From Squalus acanthias (Eukaryota): 64,000 nucleotides of DNA. Position 1 is the first letter of the stretch. Every line of letters begins with the position of its first letter. The translations under genes were made by a program, and so were the position numbers. Below the pieces are notes generated by a model. That model searched no databases. It saw only the letters and a program-made list of their open reading frames with translations, and was not told the origin of the DNA. The stretch is taken from NCBI GenBank assembly GCA_030390025.1, contig CM059433.1, positions 18,106,001 through 18,170,000 on the forward strand, given 5' to 3'. Shown one piece after another: positions 48,828-62,463 of the stretch.

Positions 48828-49080
48828 TCAGTGAGAGGGAAAGCGGGCCTTGCACCCGGGGAGAGGGTCAGTGAGAGGGAAAGCGGGCCTTGCACCCGGG
48901 GAGAGGGTCAGTGAGAGGGAAAGTGGGCCTTGCACCCGGGGAGAGGGTCAGTGCGGGACAAACCCGACCCTCCACCCGGGAGAGGGTCAAACCAGGCCCT
49001 CTACTCGGGGAGGGTCAGACCCGACCCTCCACCCGGGGAGAGGGTCAGTGCGGGGCAAACCAGGCCCTCCACCCGGGGAA
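48828..49080 (+). repeat. G-rich ~40-bp minisatellite
   Basis: Unit tcagtgagagggaaagcgggccttgcacccggggagaggg repeated 3 times, then variant units. Confidence 0.9.
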
Positions 49081-49879
49081 TGGTTGGTGTGGAGCATCGC
49101 AGATCCAGTTTCACTGGGATAATTGGTGTGCGGTTGTATTAATTTAATCGTATTGGGGATTAAACACTCGATAGCCCTATTCGTTGGTAATTGCTTCAGA
49201 AGTAATCGGTTAGTTGTAAAGTATTTTGGGACATCCTGAAGCGGTGATAAATGCCAGTTCTTCTGTAGATTTTTTTTGATGAATACCTGATTGGTCCGGG
49301 AACTCATGGCTGTGCCAAAAGTCACCAAACCAAACTACTTAGAAATCTGCAGTTTCTGTTTGCCTGATCGAGTGCTGACTCGCCGCCTTCATGCCTCCCC
49401 CGAAAGGATGCATCTCATTTACCCAAGGCAAGAACGTTTATAGGTTGGAACGAACCAAGTCTAATTGGGCTGAATGTTATTGTTAAGCGTTTAACTAAAA
49501 TGGAGCAGTCTACTACTAACACACAGCACGAGTAAGCTTCCTGCTGCTTGTCCAGCTAGAAACCTCTTTACAGTTTGGGCATTGATTTACAGAATTATCT
49601 GGAGTACTTTGGGAAGAATCCTAACCCCCTGAGTGACCAGTCTACTCTGCCAGATGCCACTAATGAACCAGGCTGGTTGAATAGCTTTTTAATGGAACCA
49701 CATCCTTTTTTTACAAGTAAAGAAAAATGTAAACATACCTGTATTTCATGTCCACAGGATGCCCCAAAGTGCTTTGCAGACAATTCATGACTTTTGAAGT
49801 GTAATCATCATGGTAATGTCGGGCAATACAGCAGCCATTGTGTACACCAAGGTTCCACAAATAGCAATGAGATGGGTTA

Positions 49880-50210
49880 TGGCCCCACAACCCACGAGAT
49901 ATCTACGCTCCTCAAATTCTGGTCTCTTGAGCATTCCTGATTTTAATCACTCCACCATTGGTGGTCATGCCTTCAGCTGCCTAGGACCTAAGCTCTGGAA
50001 TTCCTTCCCTAAACCTCTCCGCCTCTCTACCTCTCTTTCCTCCTTTAAGACGCTCCTTAAAACCTACCTCTTTGACCAAGCTTTTGGCCATTTGCCTTAA
50101 TCATCTCCTTGTATGGCTCGGTGTCAGATTTTGTTTTATAATACTCCTGTGACGTGCCTTGGGACATTTTACTACGTTAAAGGTGCTGTATAAATACAAG
50201 TTGTTGTTGG
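49880..50210 (+). mobile_element. L2 LINE 3' end
   Basis: LRSSNSGLL, GGHAFS..GPKLWNS, FKTLLKTYLF, (gtt)n tail. Confidence 0.85.
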
Positions 50211-51499
50211 TTGAGTGTGTAGAGAACAAGCATAAATGCTGGAAATCTGAAATAAAACAGAAAATCAATGGCAGATCAACCAGTGCAAAAAAGGTTAATA
50301 ATTGAGGTATTGACCATTGGTCAGAGCTGGTGTAGGTCAGGCAGAAGAATCCCAAAACAGCTGAAAACCATAGGTATAAATAAAGAGCGTGGATATTCTG
50401 ACTACTTTCACAAGGATGAGTGCTGTACCCCAGTCTGTTCTGTGTGCACTGAGTTCCTTTGTGCCATGTCTCTGTGCACCCAGTCCTATAGCTAAAACTC
50501 TTTTTGGAATGTTGACTGGTTTTGGTTGCTGTAATATCTGTGATTGGTACTGATTCTTTAGCTGTAATATTGCTTTATAGCAGGGAGTGGAGATAAATGA
50601 AGTTCATGTCCAGTGGTTATGTTTATATTTATGTAGCATTGTTGTGTCCTTTGATTTGCGTTAAATGACGCGTGCCAGGGAAATTCAAGAGCCATTGTAT
50701 TCATGAAAAATTGCAAAATGTTTTGGTTGCAAAGTAATACATTAGTGCGTAGTGTAAGTAAATGCTATCTATTAAAACCATTGCAAGCTGTTGTAATGCA
50801 AGAAAATCAGTGTTAAACTGCCAATTTTTGGAAGTATAGGACTGTACATGTACGGTGATTCTTTGTACTACAACACTTTGTTAATACAAGTATGCAGGTT
50901 CCAAAGTGAACAGCATTGCTCACTACCACCATGCAAATACAGACTCTTCATTGCAAGGGAGTGATGGGAAATGCAGTCTCTGGATTGACTTCATTTGATC
51001 AGATGCTAGTTAATAGTTACGATTCTTGTGACTTCCATTACAAGAAGTTCTTTGTGGCTTTAATCTCAATGTATGACATTCATTTAAAATTCTGAATTAC
51101 CATTAACATTCAGGCGCCAAATTAGATTGTGGTCATCGCTGTTGCATGCTTTCAATGAATGGGGATTTACAATTATTTGTTCAAACATCTTGGATTAGAA
51201 TTGTTCAGTTATACATTGTACATGATCTACAGTGATTTAATGACTTGGTGCAATAGTGCACATTGGTGTTGTATTTTGAGAGTCGGGTGGTAGTTGAATT
51301 TGGTCACTTTGTTTTAGTAACTATTATAATATACTTTCTTCTTTCCTCTTGTGTTAGCCAGTGATTTCCTCCATAGGAGTGTGTTGTGGTGTGAGGAGGG
51401 ACAGCAGGGGTTTGTTGCGTAGGACTCTCGGAAGGGGGAACCAACATTTCCTCCATGATCCAGCAATGACCCACAAACTTCAGCGAATAAGGAATGGAA

Positions 51500-52592
51500 G
51501 CATAGAAGATAGGAGCAGGAGTAAGCCATTCGGCCCCTCGAGCCTGCTCCGCCATTTAATGAGATCATGGCTGATCATCCAAATTCAGTACCCTGTCCCT
51601 GCTTTCTCCCCATATCCCTTGATCCCTTTAGCCTTAAGAAATATATCTATCTCCTTCTTGAATATATTTAATGAATTGGCCTCAACTGCCGTCTGTGGAA
51701 GAGAATTCCACAGGTTCACCACTCTCTGGGTGAAGAAATTCCTCCTCATCTCAGTCCTAAATGGCTTACTCCTTATCCTTAGACTGTGACCCCTGGTTCT
51801 GGACTTCCCCGCCATCGGAAACATCCTTCCTGCATCTAGTCTGTCTAGTCCTGTTAGAATTTTATAAGTTTCAATGAGATCCCCTCTCATTCTTCTAAAC
51901 TCCAGCGAATATAAGCCGAATCGACCCAATCTCTCTTCATACGTCATTCCTGCCATCCCAGGTATCAGTCTGCACTCCCTCCATGGCAAGAACATCCTTC
52001 CTCAGATAAGGCGACCAAAACTGCACACAATACTCAAGGTGTGGTCTCACCAAGGCCTTGTACAACTGCAGCAAGACACCCTTGCTCCTGTACTCGAATC
52101 CTCTCGCTATGAAGGCCAACATACCATTTGCCTTCTTAACCGCCTGCTGCACCTGCATGCTTATCTTCAGCAACTGGTGCACAAGGACTCCCAGATCTCG
52201 TTGCACTTCCCCTTTTCCCAATCTATTGCCGTTCAGATAATCTGTCTTCCTGTTTTTGCCACCAAAGTGGATAACCTCGCATTTATCCACATTATACTGC
52301 ATCTGCCATGCATCTGCCCAATCACCCAACCTGTCCAAATCATACTGGAGTTTCTCTGCATCCTCCTCACAGCACACACGTCCACCCAGCTTTGTGTCGT
52401 CTGCAAACTTAGAGATATTACATCTAGTTCCCTCGTCTAAATCATTAATATATATATTGTGAATAGCTGGGGTCCTAGCACCGATCCCTGTGGTACCCCA
52501 CTAGTCACTGCCTGCCACTCGGAAAAAGACCCGTTTATTCCAACTCTTTGCTTCCTGTCTGCCAACCAGTTCTCTATCCAAATCAGTACCTT
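51500..52592 (-). mobile_element. 5'-truncated CR1 LINE
   Basis: KFADDT, WQMQYNVDKCEVIHFG, LVRPHLEYCVQFWSPY, FFTQRVVNLWNSLP. Confidence 0.95.
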
Positions 52593-53509
52593 GAACAGCT
52601 TTATATAAAATAAACTGTCTAGACATTACACACTGTCAAGAAGAAAAAAAAACTATATCAAGACTGGGCTCAAGCAAGTAGAAGTTTAAAACTAAACTTG
52701 ACATCTGAGCTAATTAGCATGGCTAATGTTCTTGCACAGTTGTCACGAGATCCTCCACTCAGTAGCAGAACACGCGACAGAAGGTCTAGCTTCAACATTT
52801 TTGAGTTTTCAGCTTTTCTCAAACGTTTTTCTCCTTTAACAGTTAAAAGTGTGATAGTGGAAGCTAATTAAAGAGAAAAACTGCAACAAATGTCTTGAAT
52901 TGAGTGGTTTAATGAACTCGTTTCACAGGACACTTGTTCTTTGTACTGAGCTGTGAATATTTTTAAATCTCACTTGATGGAGAAATGAACAAATCACCAA
53001 TGCAGCAATCTCTAAGCGTTTTAAGAAAAGAAACACCAAACTTTATGAACCCAGACCTTGACAGTAGCAGTACATCACTTACTCTGACTGCATATATCAC
53101 CATCTATTGCCAGTTGCCCTTCCAGCCTCAACCTGTGTTTGTAATCGTAACTGAATCTGTTGAAACGACTGTCAGTGCGACAATACAAAAAACAGAATTA
53201 CCATTGCAGATTTAGTACGCCTAAAGTCCGTCTAATCTGTTGTGCAAGCTACTAGTTCCTCCTTTACTTAGTATTTTTCTCAGTATTGTGTTTAGCTTTC
53301 TAATCATTGTAGAGAACACTGCAGGAAGTGAAATCTTTACCTAATTTTAGTATTGGGGCTAGAAAACTGCTATGTCTGCCACCTGGAGAGGAAGGAGAAA
53401 AATCAAGTTTGAACGAATAAGTTAACCGTTACTTTATCCATTTGAATAAGTGGCCTAGATGCATTTCTTAGAGTTTAAAATTAAACTTCCAAGATCTGAT
53501 GATTCCACT

Positions 53510-53820
53510 GGTGAAAATGGTTGAGTCGCTAAGCCATATGGACCAGAAAAGTCCCAGGTTTGATCCTCGGTTTATGCTGAGTTAGCTGATTTCAGCTGGG
53601 ACAGTTGGGTTTGGGTTGCGGGGGCAGTTTTAGTAATTCTTGCTGGAAGCGTGCATGTGTGGACATCAGGCGAGGACATGCTTTTGTGCCGCATATGGTT
53701 GACTAGCCTACAAATCCTCATTTGACACTTGCACATGAAAAATATTAATCTGGGCAATTGTTAGAAGGTTCCCAGCTCCTGTGGAGCTGTATCTCCGCAC
53801 AAAACAAATGTCTTCAGGAG
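53510..53820 (+). mobile_element. Old tRNA-derived SINE (second family)
   Basis: B-box-like ggtttgatcc followed by tgctgagttagctgatttcagc. Related pieces near 30770-31050(+), 31965-32015(+) and 57020-57075(-). Confidence 0.5.
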
Positions 53821-54046
53821 GGGAGACAATTGTTCTCCGATGGATGTAAAAAAAAAATCAATCCCATGGCATTATTTGAAGAAGAGCAGGCCAATATTTA
53901 TCCCTCAACCAACACCATCAAAAACAGATTATCTGATCATTTATTTCATTGCTGTTTTGTAGGACCTCGCTGCGTGCAGATTGGCTGTAACGATTTCCTA
54001 CATTACAATAGTGACTCTCTTTCAAAAAATACTTAATTAGCTGTGA

Positions 54047-54170
54047 AAGAAAGAAAAAAGACTTGCATTTATATAGCGCCTTTCACGACCACCGGACGTC
54101 CCAAAGCACTTTACAGCCAATGGAGTACTTTTTGAAGTGTAGTCACTGTTGTAATGTAGGAAACGTGGCT
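54047..54170 (-). mobile_element. DeuSINE 3' tail inserted into an older, decayed DeuSINE (53830-54045)
   Basis: gacttgcatttatatagcgcctttcacgacc... Confidence 0.75.
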
Positions 54171-54414
54171 TTGGGATGTCTTGAGGATGGGAAAGTTTTC
54201 TTCTCTTGTTTTTTTTTAAAAAAGAAAGGAATGAGAAAAATGTTAACTCCAGTAATTTTATTCACTTATCTAAATTATACATTACACATTTTGATTACAG
54301 TGATCCAACTGCAGCCATTAGCCAATCTTACTATTTTGTCCTCATCAAAGGGAAAGTTAGTGTGGGAGAATGGAATATTTTTGTCATTTCAGGCACCAAA
54401 TAGCACCAAAAGCA

Positions 54415-54537
54415 AATAAGTGCTGGAAATCTGAAACATAAACAGAAAATGCTTGGAAACACTTGAATTCAGTCAGCATCTGTGGAGAGAACAGACAAGT
54501 TAAAGTTTCAGGTGTAGACCCTTCGTCAGAACTGGAA
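54415..54537 (-). mobile_element. Diverged Penelope hammerhead mini-element
   Basis: Minus strand ccagttctgacgaagggtctacacctgaaactttaact keeps both core boxes. Confidence 0.7.
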
Positions 54538-54569
54538 ATGCTGATGATTGGTAATTTCTTTCAATAATA

Positions 54570-55050
54570 GCAGTGTTAGATGCAGAGTAAAGCTCCTTGC
54601 ACTCTGCCCCAGCAACGTGCTTCAGACTCGGTCTCAGAGGAGCAGTCTACTGTATCAACTTGACATTTTTCAAATGAGATTGCAAATTAATGCCATACAT
54701 GGGGTACTTTTGTTATGTTAGCCCAAGTCCTGCAAGGACTAGATTGAGACTTCCCAAACTCATTTCACCAAGGATCCCTGCTGGCAGAAGAACATATGAA
54801 ATAGCAGGAGTAGGCCATTCGGCCCTTCGAGCCTGCTCTGCCATTCAGTAAGATCAAAGCTGATCTTCTACCTCAACTCCACCTTCCTGCACTATTCCCA
54901 TATCCCTTGATTCCCTTTGTATCCCAAAACCTATCGATCTCTGTCTTGAATATACTCAATAAGACTTGCATCCCATTAGATTGAGCTAGATTTCAATCCA
55001 TCCAGAGATGAAAGATGAGCGTTTCATCTAATCCTCTGCACCACCCTAGC
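54570..55050 (-). mobile_element. LF-SINE-like element, interrupted by a CR1 tail (about 54790-54960)
   Basis: Minus-strand blocks tttcatctctgg, gtgaaatgagtttgggaagtctcaatctagt, tggcattaatttgca and gcacgttgctggggcag occur in the order I recall for the LF-SINE consensus. Confidence 0.5.
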
Positions 55051-55209
55051 TTTCAGCCTCAAACAATCTTAATATTTTCTAGTATGCTTAGCAGGTGATG
55101 TCAGGATTGAGCTTTAGAGAAGGTTGGGACAATACAAAACCAGTGCATACCCCTAAAAGACAATGGCTCTACTTGTGTAGTTAAGCAATCATGGTCAACA
55201 AATGAGGTA

Positions 55210-55845
55210 ACAGTATCCATCTAAAAGCAGAGGCTTATTAAAAAATGCAAGGAAAAGTGGAAATCCAGCAGACTGGGAAAGCTATAAAAAGCGACAAAGG
55301 GATACATAGAAAGTAATGAAGTGCAAAAAGGGAATGTGCAAAAAAAAAAACTTGCAAGGGATACCAAGGCTAACAGCAAAAGTTTTTATAAATATATTAA
55401 GAGAAAGAGAGGGATATGGGCCCATTAAAGATTGATGCAGGTGAGACTATAGTGGATAATAAGAAAATGGCAGACTTGTTAAATGAGTACTTTGTATCCA
55501 TTTTCACAATGGAGGAAGAGGACAAAATACCAGTGGTACAAACGAACCTAAAAATAAGCGAAGGAGGAACTTAGTGGATTTAATATAAGTTTAAAAAATG
55601 GTAACAGAGAAAATAATGAGACTTAAGATTGACAAATCATCAGGGCCTAATGGTTTCCACCCCAGGGTATTAAAAGAAAAAGGTAAGGAAATTGCAGATG
55701 CATTGATAATTCTCTAAATTCAGGGATTCTGCCTTTGGATTGGAACATTTCAAATGTCACTCCATTATTTAAGGTAGGAGAAACCAGGTAACGACAGACC
55801 TGTCAGTTTAATATCATTTGTGCGGAAGTTACTGGAATCTATCAG
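55210..55845 (+). mobile_element. Decayed CR1 ORF2 internal fragment
   Basis: KSFYKYIK, LLNEYFVSIFT, KSSGPNGFHPRVLKE, RPVSLIS...KLLES. Confidence 0.8.
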
Positions 55846-57717
55846 ACTCTTCGCCCCCATTGCCTTGTAGGTAATCTAGGACTATTCTTGATGTCAAAGC
55901 TACTGGTTCACATGCAACCTTCCTTTGCTTGTTGTGGTCAAAGGTAGTCTGGGCAGAAGGTCACATTGTCCTGTTTGGTCACCTTATTTTGGCAAATAGC
56001 GGACAAATACTTCATGCCTTAAAGAAGTAGGAAAGTGTCGGGGAAGGATAAAGTATGTTTTTGCGTTGTACTTTTCCAGGTTATAGAGATCTATCATTTC
56101 AAGATTCCGCTGATGCCAAGTGCTGACATGTAAACATTGGGCTCCACATGGATTTCTTTTGATCAATCTCTGGGCTGTAAACCAGGAGGTGTCAGTACAA
56201 TTCAGTACCAGCTACATATAGAGCTACATCTCGCTGGTACTGAATTTTTCTAATGTGAATTTCCAAAGGAATTCCCAATGAAGATGTGAGGTAATGCTGT
56301 AGCTGTTGTCAATAGAGTGGCTCCCAGATGAAAGGGGATATCGGATAGAAAAGGATCTCCTACAACATATGGGGTTTTAAAACTCTTTTATGAATCCCTT
56401 CATGAGGCGAGTACTTTTATAGTCAAACTTCATTTTGTAGTGATTAACTTCCGAGCCACCACTCTAGTCGAAGAATAGTGTGTTGGTTATTTTGTTAATA
56501 TTTAGGTTAGAGGTTCTGCTAATATTTGGGTATCGCAGTTCTTGGGCAAAATGCATTGTGGTTGAGAAATTGTCATATCCTTTAATTACCACAAGTTATC
56601 TCTCGCAGGGTGGCTACTGAAAGACCACCTACTGCAACTGAACCAGCATTTGTTTGGAACCTACCCCATTTGGCATATCAGAGACTGGGCACTCTCCGTA
56701 TGTGAGTCTTGGTTATGAGTCTGCTACCCATGAGTAGCCACCTTTTTAAAATCTCTACAATGGGTGCAAAATAACAAGTGTTCTTTCCACTTTTCTCCCC
56801 TACTGTCATTGACTCCAAGTGCCAGTTGGCTTCCCATACCTTGTCCAAGTTGGTATTCATGTGGCTGTGGAGGCTATCAGTCTTGTCCTCGCAGGTGCCC
56901 TTCCAGCAGGGTTCACCGGAAAGGAATCTGGAGTGGGAACCATGAAACCACTTTTCTCAACCAACCTGGGGAGGTGTTGTGGCCAAATGTTACCCCCTTG
57001 CCACCCCAGATGAGAATTAATTCAGGGCAGACTGGGAATCGAACCTGAACCTTCCTGGTTTGTGTGGCTCAGAATTGATAACTTTATTTTTGATTTAAGT
57101 AAAATGTTTACTTTGGCCTTAAACAAGTTTTTTCTAATAAGCATAACTATAACTTTTTTTGTTGAGGGGGATTTTATTATTGGTACCATTAATTTAAAAA
57201 AAATCAAATTGTCAAAAGAATACGACCTAGAGCTTTTTTAATTCATTTTTGGAATATAGGTGTCATTGGCAAGGCTGGCATTTATTGCCCATCTCTAGTT
57301 GCCCTTGAGAAGGATGTGGTGAGCCACCACCTTAAACCACTGCAGTCTGTATGGTGAAGGTAGTCCTACAGTTAGGTAGGAGTTGCAGGTTTTTGACTGA
57401 GCGATGATGAAGGAACGGCGATATAGGTTCAAGTCAGGATAGTGTGTGACCTGGAGGAGAACTTGGTAGTGATGGTGCTAAAGTTGGCCTCTGTATGTCT
57501 GGACTGGGAAAGGGAAAATTAGACACCCCTGATCACGATCCAGTAACAGTGGCTGAGATGTACGAGTGTAGAGCAATTGGGTAAGGAAAGATTCAAACTC
57601 TGCCCTCTCAGTAGCTTACCAGCACTCAAAATTAATAATGGTGGCTGCTTGGATGAGACTCTGGAGGACTGCCAGTGTCCATTGAGTCTTATCCCAGCAC
57701 GAAACAAGACCGTCAGG

Positions 57718-57935
57718 AAAAAGAAAAGAAAGACTTGGATTTATATAGCGCCTTTCACGACCACTGGACGTCTCAAAGCGCTTTACAGCCAATGAAGTAC
57801 TTTTGTTTGAAGTGGAGTCACTGTTGTAATGTGGGAAACGCGGCAGCCAATATGTGCACAGCAATGTGATAATGACCAGATAATCTGTTTTTTTTGGTTA
57901 TGTTGGTTGAGGGATAAATATTGGCCAGGACAGGA
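57718..57935 (-). mobile_element. DeuSINE 3' part
   Basis: Tail and Deu-like domain in antisense orientation. Confidence 0.8.
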
Positions 57936-59014
57936 AAGGAGAAATAGAAATATTGTGACTTCAGTAACCTTTCAAATGTTTGTAGTTACATTTTATCGGA
58001 GATGAATATGTAATGCAACTCACTTTTTTTGGCTTTTGTTCAGCTCATCATTAACATTCCTCCAATTCTGGGTCTTGTAGATGTCTCTGGAGCACTAGGG
58101 CAGCAGTGATGAGTGGGTCGAGTGAGCATTGCTCTCATTCTGCCTGTAAGCGAGAAAGGGATTGGTTAGCATAGTTTGCACCCAGCAGATGAAGACCTTA
58201 CCAAAGCCAAAGATCTTCACAATATCAATTACATATTATCACTCGATGTTTTGGATATAATTTTGTGACTGTGCTGCTTCAATTGTACGTAAGGGTTAGT
58301 TCAGTTTCTTGCACAATTGGATTAAGTTGCATTGGTCCCACTGAGGTCACTAGCATTCACAATCTCGACAAAACAAAATCAACAGACCGAAAAGGAACTA
58401 CAATTATTAAAATAAGCTTCAATTTAACCTTTCAAGGAAGTGCACTGGTTGGTAAAACCTCTAACTAATCTGGAAATTTTGATGGTGTGAACAAATTCCA
58501 CTTCTTCTTTTGAGGTTTAAAATTCTGTATAAGAAGACCGTATATATTTTTCCTGTAAAGCTATATTAAGTAGCACTGAATCTTGTGAAAACACTTACTG
58601 TTTCATTCACATTAGACAAAGCAGCACAGCAAAAGGCACAGTTAAATAATGTTTATAGCATAACTGAATAAGAGATGAACCAATTCTGACTAAAAATGCT
58701 TAATCTTGCTTAGATCTGTCTGTACCATGATGTAAATCTCTGGAAAATATTTTTTTTGGAGATTCCTGTGTTGGGAGCCTGTTACTCCATTTGCTGTACT
58801 TGGCTGGAGCATCAGTTTTTGGGATGAGCAATGTTGCTCTCCACCATTGCCTGCAGTCTGTGCCAGTCAAGGCAAATTGCTTCCTACTTTAATTGGGTCC
58901 ACCTACTGTGCCCCTGCAGAGCTCATTCTGCTCCCTTCGGCTAGCTGTCCCGACCCAGCACACCGTCAATTCCTGCCCCAACCATGCCTGCTTCTTAATT
59001 CGCGCACATTTAAG

Positions 59015-60082
59015 TTCATAGAAACATAGAAGATAGGAGCAGGAGTAGGCCATTCGGCCCCTCGAGCCTGCTCCGCCATTCAATGCGATCATGACTGATC
59101 ATCCAAATTCAGTACCCTGTCCCTGCTTTCTCCCCATATCCCTTGATCCCCTTAGCCTTAAGAAATATATCTAACTCCTTCTTGAATATATTTAATGAAG
59201 TGGACTCAACTGTCTTCTGTGGTAGAGAATTCCACAGGTTCACCACTCTCTGGGTGAAGAAATTCCTCCTCATCTCAGTCCTAAATGGCTTACCCCTTAT
59301 CCTTAGACTGTGACCTCTGGTTCTGGACTCCCCCACCATCGGGAACATCCTTCCTGCATCTAGTCTGTCTAGTCCTGTTAGAATTTTATAAGTTTCAATG
59401 AGATCCCCTCTCATTCTTCTAAACTCTAGCGAATACAAGCCCAATCGACCCAATCTCTCTTCATACGTCATTCCTGCCATCCCAGGTATCAGTCTGGTGA
59501 ATCTTCGCTGCACTCTCTCCATGGCAAGAACATCCTTCCTCAGATAAGGTGACCAAAACTGCACACAATACTCAAGGTGTGGTCTCACCAAGGCCCTGTA
59601 CAACTGCAGCAAGACATCCTTGCTCCTGTACTCGAATCCTCTCGCTATGAAGGCCAACATACCATTTGCCTTCTTAGCCGCCTGCTGCACCTGCATGCTT
59701 ACCTTCAACGACTGGTGCACAAGGACACCCAGGTCTCGTTGCACTTCCCTTTTCCCAATCTATTGCCGTTCAGATAATCTGCCTTCCTGTTTTTGCCACC
59801 AAAGTGGATAACCTTGCATTTATCCACACTATACTGCATCTGCCATGCATCTACCCAATCACCCAACCTGTCCAAATCATACTGGAGTTTCTCTGCATCT
59901 TCCTCACAGCACACACGCCCACCCAGCTTTGTGTCGTCTGCAAACTTGGAGATATTACATCTAGTTCCCTCGTCTAGATCATTAATATATATATTGTGAA
60001 TAACTGGGGTCCTAGCACCGATCCCTGCGGTACCCCACTAGTCACTGCTTGCCACTCGGAAAAAGACCCGTTTATTCCAACT
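59015..60082 (-). mobile_element. 5'-truncated CR1 LINE, near-identical to 51500-52592
   Basis: ORF 59109-59744 is the RT C-terminus. catagaa tail. Confidence 0.95.
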
Positions 60083-60253
60083 CTTTGCTTCCTGTCTGCC
60101 AACCAGTTTTCTATCCAAGACAGTACCTCACCCCCAATCCCAGCTTACCTGCCCAAGTGTTTCTAAGCCCATCTGTTCACTCGTCTATGCCAAATACTTC
60201 CTGATCCTTCCACCCCTCGTATGACTCTCTTTCACAAGCCCTTGCTAATCAAT

Positions 60254-60989
60254 GGCCCAAAAATCAGTGCCGCTACGCGAGAGTACGCACTGCGTACTCT
60301 CGCGTATTCTGTCTCCAATTGCCGGTTTTCTGCATGCACTGCGCATGCGCTGAAAACCGGCACTTGGTGAATGGAAAAGGGGGCGGGTCCTAGGTGAACC
60401 GCGTGCGCGCTACAGGCCGCGCGCATGCTGTGCACTTAGTGGTTTCAACGCGCAGGTAAGTACGGAAGATTCTACACAAAAAAAGGACTAAGACCCACTT
60501 TTAACAAGGTAAGTGGTGAATTAAGTATTATTTTGAATTTTTTTTAACAGGTATATCTTTTTTAGAGACTTTAAAGACAGGTAAGTTTATTTTTATAACT
60601 TTTTAAAAGATTTTAAATTTTTTCAAAAATTTAATTTTTTATTTAAAATGGTTAATTTATTTAACTATACTTATTTTATTAATGTGATGTTTTTTTTAAA
60701 TTTAATTGAGGTTTAGCGGTTCTTTTGGGGGGCTATAGTATTCATAACTTTCACAGCACTTATGTGAAAGTTATGAATGGAAGATGGTGTGCTGCCATTG
60801 GCTCTAACTGAGTCACGTGATCCCACAGCTCACACGAATTAACTACGCCGGTGGGATACGCAAGCCCAGCACAGCAGCTGTCCAGAACATCAAGTTCGTG
60901 CGAGCTGGAACTGAAAAAGCCAACGCGCAGTGAGAGATCACGGGGAGGCCTTACCCTCGCATGAAGGCTTCCTCACGAATTTTTGGGCC
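60254..60989 (+). mobile_element. Harbinger-type MITE, family A, copy 5
   Basis: TIRs ggcccaaaaatc / aatttttgggcc, flanks aat/att. Confidence 0.85.
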
Positions 60990-62463
60990 ATTATGTCCAA
61001 GGTTACCTTTTGGTGGTTTTCATAGAAAAATGTGCAGTACAATCCCATGTAATTTAAAAAAAAACAGAATTTCACTCATTCAGTCACTGGAAACCAGTGG
61101 CCTTGATACATTTTCTGGATTGTTTATACTTTATTTGTGCTTGTGTCAATATGTTTCACATTTTGTACAGATTTATTTTATGAAACAACTTGAATAGAAC
61201 TGTGATCTCTTTGTCAAGACTGTTGTCAGGAAGTAATTCTTCAAGGAAATCGTGATTTAATAGTTGGAAATATCTATGGGTAGGATAGTGGAGTAATTCA
61301 AGAGGCAGTAGACACTGATGATATCAGCAGTGGTTTCTATGGCAAGATAGGCTGAATATCCTCTCTTTGTGATCCTATTTTTATGATCTATTTAACCTTT
61401 ATATTTTCAAATGAATGTAAGGTGGTATACACCTGGTGAACAAGTGGAAACTGCTTTGCATCCATTCTGAAGTAGCAGAGCTGCATACTTAAGTGTGGTG
61501 CTGGCTTTCTGGGTGTTTCAAGCACTTGACTGCTTGTTGTCATTCTCCACCACCCCGCCCCCCCCCCCCCCCCCCCCCCCAAAACAAAAAGTTAGCTGCA
61601 GTTGGTATCTGCACTGTTGGCACAAAAATGGAATAAAAGTTAGGTTTACATCTCATGAAATGAAAAAGAATAATTACAAAAGGTATCTTGGTACTGTAAG
61701 CATTCGAGGGAGACTCCATATTGGTAGGATGACGACTTTATTGATATAGAATAAGTAAATGTAATCACTTTAGCAGTAGTACAGAGGAATAAGCAAAACG
61801 GTATTACCCACTCCTCTGGGCAGAGACGCAACTCTGCCTCTTCTGGTGTTCTTCAATTATCTGCAATAAGTTCTATCTTTCTCCCAGTTTATATCCTTCC
61901 TCCCCTTCCTGGCTACTCGTTTGTCCGCCCAGTGGCCCAGGTTCAGCGACTCCATGATCACTCCTTGTATTCACTTTACTTTGCATGCAAACTCGCCATT
62001 GGATTGTGTAAAGATCGTGATCAGTACCTCACACAATAGGATCAAACAGGTTTCAGTTACTGTCGTATCACCCGAAACTTCTGAACTCTGTTTTCTCCAC
62101 GCTGCTTTCTAAAATTTAGTTCTACCATTGACCCTGCTTCCTTGCAGTACTGGATGGCAGAGTAGATTCCAGTACTCTTTTCCTATTATGATGAATTTAG
62201 GAACGTAGCACAGTTACAAAATCATATTATTCACCAATCTACTTGCTTTATAAGGTTAATTTGAAATAATGAATTATCACAGCTTGGAAACAGCCAACAT
62301 TGGAAAATGAATTAGCCAGCAGAGAATAAAAATTGATTTACTCCCCATTAAGGTTTCTGCAAAATCCGTGCCAATGTGCTCGAGTCCTGGAGTGGGGCAT
62401 GAAACCACGACCTTTTAACAAGTTTGTCTCTTGATTCCTTTTTTCCCCAATTAAAACATTTTA

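Noticed and set aside
48828..49080. CRISPR-like array
   Set aside because: Tandem units without unique spacers in eukaryotic DNA. It is a minisatellite.
58040..58150. Second exon of the + gene
   Set aside because: Acceptor-like and donor-like motifs are present, but the ATG frames are short or unrecognisable. Not supportable without RNA data.
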